Of a stretch of DNA of 64,000 bases, positions 19,970 to 28,074 are shown piece after piece. The notes beneath the pieces are model-generated. The model saw nothing but the letters and a program-made list of their open reading frames with translations. It ran no database searches and was not told where the DNA came from. The stretch covers positions 224,001-288,000 of the forward strand of contig JAWABJ010000001.1 of the NCBI GenBank assembly GCA_038884755.1, read 5' to 3'. This DNA is from Candidatus Norongarragalinales archaeon (GTDB lineage Archaea; Micrarchaeota; Micrarchaeia; Norongarragalinales; Norongarragalinaceae). How positions within the stretch are numbered: position 1 is the first letter of the stretch; each line of letters begins with the position of its first letter. A program made the position numbers and the translations under genes.

Positions 19970-20038
19970 GTTTTTCAAAAGCCTTTTTTTTCTCTTTTTT
20001 TCCGAATTTATTTAAAGCGGGGCTTCGCTATTTTCTCC

Positions 20039-20752
20039 ATGCCTGTAGTTTGGAAGGAAAGACACATTCTAACACCCAAAGGCTGGGCTCGCGTGGTGCA
20101 CTTGCAAGGCCACGATCCGGAAGAGATTTTCAAGCTCGTTCAAACGAGGGGAGACCGGCTTTCCGGCCATCCTCCCGTGACCTTGTACCGGCATGGAACA
20201 ACAAGCTTGGTTTTTAGGCCTCGAACCGAGGATTTCAACCCTTCTAAACAATTCAAGGTCTTGCAGCGCATGGTGGAAAAAAGGCAAGCGAGCGTGGAAA
20301 TGCCTTTCGCCTTGGTGGAACATCCTGACCACTATGGGCTTCTTTCTTACGCGAAAAAAGGCGTGTCGAAACGCTCGATGCTCGCCAACGTGATTAACGA
20401 TAATGCCTTGTCTATGCAAGAACGATGGAGCATGGCTAAAGCCGGAATGCGGCGGCTTGCCGAAATTCATGCTGTAGGCTTCAACCACGGTCATCCTTAC
20501 GGAAACCTCATGGTTGACGCAAACAACCGCGTCAAGTTTATAGACTCAAGTCTCGTGAGTGAATTTGATTCAACCTTGGCTGAAGGGGAACTTGAGGGTT
20601 TGGCGTCCGCGCTTACGGAGCGCTTGTGGGTTGCAAGGCCTTGGGAAGAGAGAATAAAATTAAACCATAAAGTGGAAATGTTTCGAATACAAAAGAGGCT
20701 GCTTGAAGAGTACAACCGAACTTTAGAAAAACGGTCGAAGAAAAAACTTTGA
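20039..20752 (+). CDS. Divergent protein-kinase-like (Bud32/Kdo/RIO-like) protein
   Basis: LAEIHAVGFNHGHPYGNLMV...VKFID; HGH replaces HGD. Confidence 0.65.
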   Translation: MPVVWKERHILTPKGWARVVHLQGHDPEEIFKLVQTRGDRLSGHPPVTLYRHGTTSLVFRPRTEDFNPSKQFKVLQRMVEKRQASVEMPFALVEHPDHYGLLSYAKKGVSKRSMLANVINDNALSMQERWSMAKAGMRRLAEIHAVGFNHGHPYGNLMVDANNRVKFIDSSLVSEFDSTLAEGELEGLASALTERLWVARPWEERIKLNHKVEMFRIQKRLLEEYNRTLEKRSKKKL

Positions 20753-21234
20753 ACGCAGGTGGGCTTTTGATTGCAGGCGTGGATTCGGGAACTTGGCGGG
20801 CTTTTGCCGTGCTTGATTTTGACGGAAACGTGGTTGCGATGGAAAGCCGAAAGAACTGGACTCCCGACGAGTTCATCGCCTCGCTTTCGGCTTTTCCCCC
20901 TGCGGTTATAGCGTGCGACAAGATTCCTGTTCCCAAAAACATCAGGCTTTTGAAAAGCGTTTTTTCCGCGCGGTTGTTCAAGCCGCACAAGAGTCTTACG
21001 GGAGTGCAGAAGACGTTCTTGACGCGCGACTACCGCATTGCGAATGAGCACGAGCGGGATGCGCTTGCCGCCGCGTTGAAAGCGTTCCGATCTCTCAAAA
21101 ACAAGTTTGAATTGGTAGACAAGAAGGCTGGGAATGCGGGCATCCCGCTTTCTCGAAGGGCTTTGCTCAAGAGGCTGGTTTTAAAGGGAGAAACTGTCGA
21201 AAAGGCTTTGAGGCTTGTTAAAGCAACTGGTTGA
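20749..21234 (+). CDS. DUF460-like RNase H-fold protein
   Basis: LIAGVDSGT.AFAVLDFDG, PAVIACD, NEHERDALAAALKA. Confidence 0.8.
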   Translation: MNAGGLLIAGVDSGTWRAFAVLDFDGNVVAMESRKNWTPDEFIASLSAFPPAVIACDKIPVPKNIRLLKSVFSARLFKPHKSLTGVQKTFLTRDYRIANEHERDALAAALKAFRSLKNKFELVDKKAGNAGIPLSRRALLKRLVLKGETVEKALRLVKATG

Positions 21235-21791
21235 AAATCGTGATTAATCCGTTCAGGCGTTTGAAGGAACTGGTGGACGCGCGCAAGCCCGTCTCTCGCG
21301 AAGCAGTGCGCGCTTTGATGAGGGCGGAGTGGGCCCGCGCTGCGCAAGACGGGAGCTTGCTGTTCGACAGGGTTGACGGCGCTTCTGCCATTTCAAAAAC
21401 CCCAAAAGATTTTATTTCCGCGTTGCGCTCCGGGTTCCAGGAAGCGTCGCGCTTGCAAAGGCAGTAGGTTCGCGCGGCTTTGTTCCACCACGGGAACAGG
21501 ATTGCGACTGAAAAAACGTTGTCTTACTACAAAATTGCCGGGAACAAAGCCGAGAGTTTGAGGCAGTTGACCGCCAGATTCGCGCAGAAAACCGAAAGCA
21601 TGCTGGACTTCGAGGGTACGAATTTGGATTATTACGTTGTCGAGCTTTACTCCGAGACTTTGAAGCACTTGGGCGAGCGGAACGCGAAAAAATTCATGCA
21701 GTTTTACTCCAAACGCTTTGGAGAGTTTCTGCTTGTTTTGAAACAGCTTGAAGAGGAAGACGAGGAAAGGCACGATAGGGCAATGCCCTAG
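21231..21791 (+). pseudogene. Orphan helical protein interrupted by one in-frame TAG (21465-21467)
   Basis: ORFs 21231-21467 and 21480-21791 share a frame: ...LQRQ-TAG-VRAALFHHG... Confidence 0.5.
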
Positions 21792-21886
21792 CAAATGGCT
21801 TAAAAACCGCTTTTTCCTGTTTGTTAAAGCCGGGCTTTTGCCCGAACGAACAACACGGCAAGGACTTTCAGAGGTGGGGATTTAGC

Positions 21887-22204
21887 ATGGAAGAATCAGG
21901 ACAGCCGCCAGAAATGATGCCTTCGGGCGAAAGGCGCAGCGACGACACGATTTACATCGGCAAGAAAGACGTGATGAGCTACGTGCTTGCCGTCGTAACG
22001 CAGTTCAACCAAGGTGCTGGGCACGTCAAGCTCAAAGCGCGCGGGAACATGATTTCTCGCGCCGTTGACGTCAGCCAGATCGTGAAAAACCGCTTTCTGC
22101 AAGGGTTGCGCATTACGAACTTCGACGTTGCGACCGAGGAATTGCAGAGCGAAGACGGCTCGATGCGCAAGGTTTCTTCCTTGACGCTCACGCTGGAAAA
22201 GTAA
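21887..22204 (+). CDS. albA: DNA/RNA-binding protein Alba
   Basis: IYIGKKDVMSYVLAV, KARGNMISRAVDV, RKVSSL; GAGGTGG RBS. Confidence 0.95.
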   Translation: MEESGQPPEMMPSGERRSDDTIYIGKKDVMSYVLAVVTQFNQGAGHVKLKARGNMISRAVDVSQIVKNRFLQGLRITNFDVATEELQSEDGSMRKVSSLTLTLEK

Positions 22205-22314
22205 GGCGGCGTGAATCCGATTTCTTTTTATTTTCACGCAATCCTAGTGTTAATGTTTTCTTTTAGGAAGCAAGTTTCTTTGGTTAAAAACTTTCTTTCC
22301 TAAAGAAATTTTAA

Positions 22315-22387
22315 GGGCTCGTAGTCGAATGGCTAAGACGATCGCTTGACGTGCGATAGATTCGGGGTTCGATTCCCTGCGAGCCCA
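22315..22387 (+). tRNA. tRNA-Val(GAC)
   Basis: GGGCTCG/CGAGCCC-A acceptor, ATCGC-TT-GAC-GT-GCGAT anticodon arm, GGGG-TTCGATT-CCCT T arm. Confidence 0.93.
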
Positions 22388-22585
22388 CTTCTGGTTTGTT
22401 CTACAAACTCATGCTACCTTCGATTTCTCTGCTCAACTTCTTTTTTCGCAACCATGCATTCCAACCAGTAAATGGATTTTTGTTTCGCTCGTTTTCCCGT
22501 TCACTTTTATGCTCCTCGCAAAGCCAACGTCCCCTTTCTGCTTTCTTCTTACAGATAATACCACTTGGAATACACTCACCTTAGC

Positions 22586-22744
22586 CTACTCTTCTTCCGC
22601 AAACTTCTTTATCTCTTCGAAGTTTTCCACAATCAGTTTCGCCTTGTTCTTGCCGAAGCTGAACGGAAAACGACCTTCCTGATCGCCGTCCCTCTTCAAA
22701 ATAATCAATTTGTTTCCCTTATACTCGCCGAACTCGACTGTCAT
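22586..22744 (-). CDS. Small conserved-looking protein (52 aa), possibly PC4-like ssDNA-binding fold
   Basis: MTVEFGEYKGNKLIILKRDGDQEGRFPFSFGKNKAKLIVENFEEIKKFAEEE; AGGGGG RBS; below ORF-track cutoff. Confidence 0.75.
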   Translation of the reverse strand: MTVEFGEYKGNKLIILKRDGDQEGRFPFSFGKNKAKLIVENFEEIKKFAEEE

Positions 22745-22769
22745 TTTACAAAACCCCCCTTAGTAGTTT

Positions 22770-23057
22770 TCACTTCAAGGAAGGCGGAATTATTTCCGGC
22801 CTCTCCTTCGTCAACAGAAAATAGTAAGACGAAAACTTCAGCCTGTACTCGACGGCGAGCTTAATCCACTTGAACAACGTTTGCTGGCGCTTGCCCGTGA
22901 AAATGATGTATAAAAGTTGAATCACCCAGCAGATTGCTCCTATCAGGCTCAAAATCCAAAGCACTATGACGAGCGGAATCCAGTATACCAAGCGTACGAG
23001 CAATTCTTTCCTGCTGGCTTTAGCGTCGTATTTGACGTCGAAATTCAAAGTCTTCAT
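22770..23057 (-). CDS. DUF4389-like small membrane protein
   Basis: SRKELLVRL..IP..IVLWIL..IIFTGKR...LLTKERP. Confidence 0.75.
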   Translation of the reverse strand: MKTLNFDVKYDAKASRKELLVRLVYWIPLVIVLWILSLIGAICWVIQLLYIIFTGKRQQTLFKWIKLAVEYRLKFSSYYFLLTKERPEIIPPSLK

Positions 23058-23105
23058 TTTCTCCCCACCTTTCCCTTTTTTCTAACCATTTTTACCCGCG
23101 CGGGC

Positions 23106-23552
23106 TTAAAGAGTTTTTTGCTTGCCTCTAATTTTCTCCGCCAGGGAGTCCAAGTCTTTTTGCGAAGGCTCCTTCCGCAATTCCGTTTCCCTCACGCCGA
23201 CGTGCTTGAACAAATTATCCCAGCTCTTTCGCGGCAGCAAATGGAAATGTACGTGCTGCTTGGAAAGCTTGGTTTCGGGAACGAAAGGCCTGTAATGCTG
23301 GCGCAAGTCCACCCCGTCGCACGGCAAGTTTTTCAAAAGCATTTTTTCTATCGCTACGACCAGGTCGAAAATCGAGTGCAGTTCATCCTTGTTGAAATCC
23401 CACAACGCCTTGTGGTGGGCTTTGGGGATTACCAGCGTATGCCCTTCGACTATCGGAAAAGCGTCGAGAATCGCCATCGCATGCTTGTTTTCCCCGAGCT
23501 TTGCGCTGTGCGCTTTTCCTTCAACGATAGTGCAGAAAACACAGTCCATCAA
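23106..23552 (-). CDS. HIT family hydrolase
   Basis: DCVFC, LDAFPIVEGHTLVIPKAH, HVHFHLLPR. Confidence 0.93.
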   Translation of the reverse strand: MMDCVFCTIVEGKAHSAKLGENKHAMAILDAFPIVEGHTLVIPKAHHKALWDFNKDELHSIFDLVVAIEKMLLKNLPCDGVDLRQHYRPFVPETKLSKQHVHFHLLPRKSWDNLFKHVGVRETELRKEPSQKDLDSLAEKIRGKQKTL

Positions 23553-23632
23553 AACGCCTTTTTTCTTTAACTTAATTTTTCTTTCTTTCGTTAACGTTTC
23601 TTTCTTTTTCGCAAAAAAGAAAGAAAGGTTAG

Positions 23633-23844
23633 TGGACTCGGCGGGATTTTCAGCCTTGCCTTTCTTTTACCAAAAGAAAGGCGGTGGCGCCGCCAAAGAA
23701 AACGATTTACTTTCTTTTTCATGCGCCGGTTTAAGCTTTTGAACCCGCAGCCTCATGCACGAGGGGAATCTTTCTTTACTGAATTTTTCTTTCGCAAAGA
23801 AAAATTCTTGCCATGCATGCGATCTGCCGTTGATCTACGAGCCC
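23633..23844 (-). tRNA. tRNA-Ala(GGC) with two introns: 49 nt at 37/38 (23760-23808) and 91 nt at 59/60 (23647-23737)
   Basis: GGGCTCG/CGAGTCC-A with G3:U70; CATGC-AT-GGC-A^T-GCATG; GCGGG-TTCAAA^T-CCCGC; BHB (TTCA/TGAA helix, AAA and AAT bulges) at the T-loop intron; 72 nt mature. Confidence 0.92.
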
Positions 23845-23892
23845 ACACAGTCTACTGTAATTATCTTGGTTTGGAATGCTTTAATAGCGTTT

Positions 23893-24150
<258 letters not shown>

Positions 24151-24195
24151 CTATTAATGCATGGCGCGTTCGCTTTTAACCGTTTTGTTGTGCGC

Positions 24196-25017
24196 CTAAA
24201 ATTTTTGCGGTAGCGCGGGCTTGGCTTCCTGCGGCTTGCTTCCGCCACCGAACAGGTTTTTGAAAAAACGCATTATTCCAGCGAAAAAGCTTTTCTTTTC
24301 GGCGGGAGTCTGCACTTCCTCTCCTGTTATTTGAGCGGCGAGGTTTTTGAGCGAGCGGGCGAATTTGCTTGACGGGAACGCGAGGGAAACGGGCTTTTGC
24401 AGGGAAGACGCTTTCCTGACTTCCAGGTCTTCGGGCAGCACGCCTAGGTTTTTGAGCTTGAGGATGGTTTCCAGCTCGCGGGATTTTATTTCGTTTTTCT
24501 CGTTCAAAACCATGTTCAAGACGAAGCCGTCGATCTTCACGTTGTTTTTCTCGGCGAGAATCTGGACTTTCAGCGCGTCGGCGAGGGAAATCGGTTCGGG
24601 CGTGAGGACGAGAATCATTTCTTTGGCGGAAGTGATTGCGGCAAGCGCGTCTTCGCCCAATCCCGGCGGGCAGTCTATCAAGACGTAATCGTAAATTTCC
24701 TCGAGTTTTTTCACCGAGCGCTTGAGCACGGAGTAGTTCAGGCTGTCGCTTTCGGCTGAAATGCTGGACGGAACGTATTTCAGTCCCGCGGGCCCTTCGT
24801 AAACTGCTTCGGTAATCGCGTTTTCCTCGCGCAGGACGTTATTGAGGGAAATGGGCGTCTTGTCCACTCCAATCATGAGCCCGATGTTTGCCATTTGCAC
24901 GTCCGCGTCTACTATGACCACTCTTTTTCCGGATTGCGCGAGGAGTATGCCCATGTTTAGGGTTATCGTGCTTTTTCCCACGCCGCCTTTTCCCGACGCG
25001 AAAACCAGGCTGGTCAT
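24196..25017 (-). CDS. minD: MinD-family ATPase
   Basis: SGKGGVGKST, VDADVQMAN, LIDCPPGL, VLTPEPISLADA. Confidence 0.9.
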   Translation of the reverse strand: MTSLVFASGKGGVGKSTITLNMGILLAQSGKRVVIVDADVQMANIGLMIGVDKTPISLNNVLREENAITEAVYEGPAGLKYVPSSISAESDSLNYSVLKRSVKKLEEIYDYVLIDCPPGLGEDALAAITSAKEMILVLTPEPISLADALKVQILAEKNNVKIDGFVLNMVLNEKNEIKSRELETILKLKNLGVLPEDLEVRKASSLQKPVSLAFPSSKFARSLKNLAAQITGEEVQTPAEKKSFFAGIMRFFKNLFGGGSKPQEAKPALPQKF

Positions 25018-25523
25018 TCGGAAGCCAATCCCCCCATCTTGTATTTCTTGAGCAGTTGTTCCCTGCTTTCCGGCTTTTCTCCCGCTTGCTGGGCCGTCAG
25101 TTGTTGTTCGAATAGCGGCGAGAATTCCTTGACGCTCGTGCTTTCAAGCTGCTTTTGGTCGGGAACGAAAATCATCTTTTGGTTTACTGCCAGCACGAGT
25201 TCCACTTGTTCGGGTGTTAGTTCAACCACGTCCATGACGCCCGTCGTCGCAGCAGCCGCGTTGAGGATGCGTTGGAACGCTTCCGGACCTTGGAATTCCT
25301 TGTCGTGCTTGTAGTATTCGTAAGCGCACCCGACTATTTTTCCCGAGTCGAACAGCACGGTCCCTTCCTCGAATCCACCCGTGCCTTTTATGCACAAAGC
25401 GACGTATCCGCTGAAGTTCTTGCGCTGCAGTTGCACCAGCGCCTTCAAAAAATCAACGTTGCTGACGTCCACGTTTTTGTTGAGCATTTTTCCCGAAGGT
25501 AGGCTGAGCATTTTTTTTTTCAC
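25014..25523 (-). CDS. DUF2226-like protein
   Basis: LPSGK, FSGYVAL, EEGTVLFDSGKIVG, C-terminal SREQLLKKY; overlaps minD start. Confidence 0.7.
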   Translation of the reverse strand: MKKKMLSLPSGKMLNKNVDVSNVDFLKALVQLQRKNFSGYVALCIKGTGGFEEGTVLFDSGKIVGCAYEYYKHDKEFQGPEAFQRILNAAAATTGVMDVVELTPEQVELVLAVNQKMIFVPDQKQLESTSVKEFSPLFEQQLTAQQAGEKPESREQLLKKYKMGGLASE

Positions 25524-25978
25524 TCCCGCAAGTCAATAACTATGTCCGCGGTGTTTCGCAATGCCGTTGAAAAGTCGGGTTCGAGCCCCACGACTATGGT
25601 TTCCTTGCCGTGTTCCTTCGCTTTTGCCAAGAGTGGCTTGAAGTCGCTGTCGCGCGAGACTATTGCAATCGATTCTATGCTGTCGTTGAAAATCGCTTCC
25701 GACGCTTCCACCGCCAACGCAACATCAACGTCGCTCGGAACTATCGTTACGTCGAAACCTTGGTTTGTCACGGCTTCGATGAGCTTGTCCGAGGCGTACT
25801 GGTCGAGCATGACGCGCGCGACTTTTATTTGCCCGTACTTGGACAGTTTTTTCTTTATTTTGTCCAAGTCTACTCCCAACTCTTTGCGCAGTATGTTGGG
25901 CCCGTCGACGAAGCAAGCGATGTTTTTCTTGTGCTCTTTCTTTAGGGCTTCCTTCATCTTGTCTAGAAAGCTGGACAT
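25520..25978 (-). CDS. NYN-domain protein (TIGR00288-like)
   Basis: FVDGPNILRKE, SDVDVALAVE, SRDSDF.P, GKETIVVG, ADIVIDL. Confidence 0.9.
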   Translation of the reverse strand: MSSFLDKMKEALKKEHKKNIACFVDGPNILRKELGVDLDKIKKKLSKYGQIKVARVMLDQYASDKLIEAVTNQGFDVTIVPSDVDVALAVEASEAIFNDSIESIAIVSRDSDFKPLLAKAKEHGKETIVVGLEPDFSTALRNTADIVIDLRE

Positions 25979-25990
25979 GGATAACCAACC

Positions 25991-26734
25991 TCAAGCCGTT
26001 CCGGCTTTGGCGATTTTCTTGAAGTTTTCGTATATGCTTAACTCGACTTCCTTTAAAGGCATTTTCTTTATTTCTGCCAAACGCTCGTACGAAACTATGA
26101 CGTTGGCTGGCTCGTTGCGTTCGCTGGAGTTCAAGCCGTACGGTGAGTCGGTTTCCAAGAGCATCCGCTCGAGAGGTGCGTTGCGGAAGATTTTCTTTTG
26201 CTCCTTGCTCTTGAACGTGGGCACGCTTACGTAGCACCCGACGTCGATTGCTTTGGTCAAGAGCTTGGCTTCGAGCCAGAAATGCAAAACACGGGGCATA
26301 GTGTAGGATGAAATGATGTCGATTACTTCAGCTTCCGCCTTGCGCGTATGCATTACGACGGGCTTTCCGAGCTTTTGGGCTAATTCCAGTTGCATTATGA
26401 ACACTTTCTCTTGCGCTTTGTGCTGTGAATGGTATTTGAAGTGGTGGAAGTCCATGCCTATTTCGCCTATTGCAATAGCCTTGCTTGCGTTTTGCTCGAT
26501 GAATTCCAATTCCTTCTCCAAATCGGCGTTGGGCACATCGTGCGGGCTCAAGCCTATTGCCGCGCGAAGGGATTTCGGGTGTTGCGCCATTTGCTCCAAC
26601 GCCTTTTTGTTTCCGGCCATGTTGAAGCCGGTGTTAACCGCAATGACGTTCTTTTCGAGCATCCGCTCTACCACTTTCACTATGCCTTTGGAGAAAGCCT
26701 CGTGGTTCAAGTGCGCGTGAAAGTCGACGAACAT
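25991..26734 (-). CDS. TatD-family hydrolase
   Basis: DFHAH, GLSPH, AIGEIGMD, MHTRKAE, LLETDSPY. Confidence 0.92.
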   Translation of the reverse strand: MFVDFHAHLNHEAFSKGIVKVVERMLEKNVIAVNTGFNMAGNKKALEQMAQHPKSLRAAIGLSPHDVPNADLEKELEFIEQNASKAIAIGEIGMDFHHFKYHSQHKAQEKVFIMQLELAQKLGKPVVMHTRKAEAEVIDIISSYTMPRVLHFWLEAKLLTKAIDVGCYVSVPTFKSKEQKKIFRNAPLERMLLETDSPYGLNSSERNEPANVIVSYERLAEIKKMPLKEVELSIYENFKKIAKAGTA

Positions 26735-26755
26735 TTTCTATAATCTCTCGCTTTA

Positions 26756-27385
26756 CTATTTGAATTGTTCGAGAGCCAGTTTCAACCTTCCTTCGTGAAA
26801 CTGTAGTTTGGGTTCGACTATTACTCCGTGCGTTTCCGCAAGTTCGTCGATAAAGTTCATGTCTTCTTCTGCATGGGTCATTATTTCCAGGTATTGCAAG
26901 TAACGCATTCGTTCAGTTTCCCAAACTCCCTTTATTTGCTCTTCGTTTCTTTTACTGCGCTTAGCCAGTTCTTCTTTCTTTTCCTCGGGGATTAAATTAT
27001 TTTTTAATTCCTCTGCTTGTTTCTTTAATTCCTCTCGAAATGTGGCGGGAAGCAAAGAGTCCATCCTGACGGAATGAAAATCGTTTCGGTATAATATTCC
27101 CCTCCTGTTTATTGGCATTCCTGCAAGATTGGCTTCGACTTTAATCCTGTCGTGCCTTTCCCGGCCGATTTTGTCGTCGAATTCCTGTATTTTTTTGATG
27201 TGTTCTTCTTTAATGCCGCTTTTTTGCAAACTGCGTTTTAGTGCTTGCTCTTTAATCTCATGAATGTTGAACAAAATCGAGTTTTTCTTGAGTTCGGCGT
27301 TTGCCAGAGTTTTAAAGCCGTGATTTCTGGACTTGTTTTCCAGCTCCCTGCAAAAACTTTGCCAAGTCATTTTCTTGCCTTTCAC
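26756..27385 (-). CDS. Orphan charged helical protein, AT-rich gene
   Basis: 209-aa ORF filling the gap between tatD and eif5a; visibly more A/T-rich than neighbours. Confidence 0.6.
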   Translation of the reverse strand: MKGKKMTWQSFCRELENKSRNHGFKTLANAELKKNSILFNIHEIKEQALKRSLQKSGIKEEHIKKIQEFDDKIGRERHDRIKVEANLAGMPINRRGILYRNDFHSVRMDSLLPATFREELKKQAEELKNNLIPEEKKEELAKRSKRNEEQIKGVWETERMRYLQYLEIMTHAEEDMNFIDELAETHGVIVEPKLQFHEGRLKLALEQFK

Positions 27386-27473
27386 TTGTTTTAAAAATCT
27401 TATCGTGCTAACTAATTAAAGCGTTTTCCTGGAATGCTTTTTTTTTGCATCTGAAAAACGGTGGTTTTGCGAA

Positions 27474-27875
27474 ATGAGCGATGTTGTTTTCGGTCAAATG
27501 GGCGACTTGAAAATAGGCCGGTTCGTGGTCATAGAAGGCGAGCCTTGCAAGATAGTGAGCATGGACAAGAGCAAGCCTGGAAAGCACGGTGCTGCTAAAG
27601 TGAATGTAGTCGCAATGTCTTTGCTGAGCGGGAATAAAAAGACCCTAATGAAAAGCAGCGATGCGGACGTCGAGATTCCCGTAGTAACGCGCAAGCGCTC
27701 TCAAATCGTGAGCGTCGCGGGAACTACCGCCCAGCTCATGGATTCCGAGAGCTTCGAGGTTTTTGAAGTTGAGATTCCCGAGGAAATGCGTTCTGAGGTA
27801 GAGGTAGGAAAGGAAATCCAGTACATGGACGTGATGGGAAAAAGGCTTTTGTTGAAAGTCAGCGGGGAAAGCTGA
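27474..27875 (+). CDS. eif5a: Translation factor aIF5A
   Basis: SKPGKHGAAK hypusine-site motif. Confidence 0.96.
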   Translation: MSDVVFGQMGDLKIGRFVVIEGEPCKIVSMDKSKPGKHGAAKVNVVAMSLLSGNKKTLMKSSDADVEIPVVTRKRSQIVSVAGTTAQLMDSESFEVFEVEIPEEMRSEVEVGKEIQYMDVMGKRLLLKVSGES

Positions 27876-28074
27876 TTCGTTTCCTGGCGGTTTTTGGGGA
27901 GTTTCCGCGCTGTTCCGGGCCTTTTCAGGCTCTGCAGGGCCTTTTGTGATTGGAAAACTCCTTTGCCAGCGTAAGTTCCGGAAAACTCTTTTAAACTCTT
28001 CTAGGCATTAGAGTAGGTGCTCTCGCGAAGGTGAGCGCGCGTTTTTTTTTTTCCATCCTTAGGCGGCTTTCGCC

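Noticed and set aside
21465..21467. Genome-wide amber recoding or pyrrolysine
   Set aside because: Conserved genes end at TAG at their expected C-termini, and no pyl genes are seen.
22398..22580. Minus-strand Cys/His-containing frame next to tRNA-Val (possible integrated-element remnant)
   Set aside because: No start codon or RBS for that frame, no integrase and no duplicated tRNA 3' end.
27890..27990. Replication origin (ORB-like GGAAAACTC repeats) upstream of mcm
   Set aside because: Repeats are short, do not match a full ORB consensus, and there is no adjacent orc1/cdc6.
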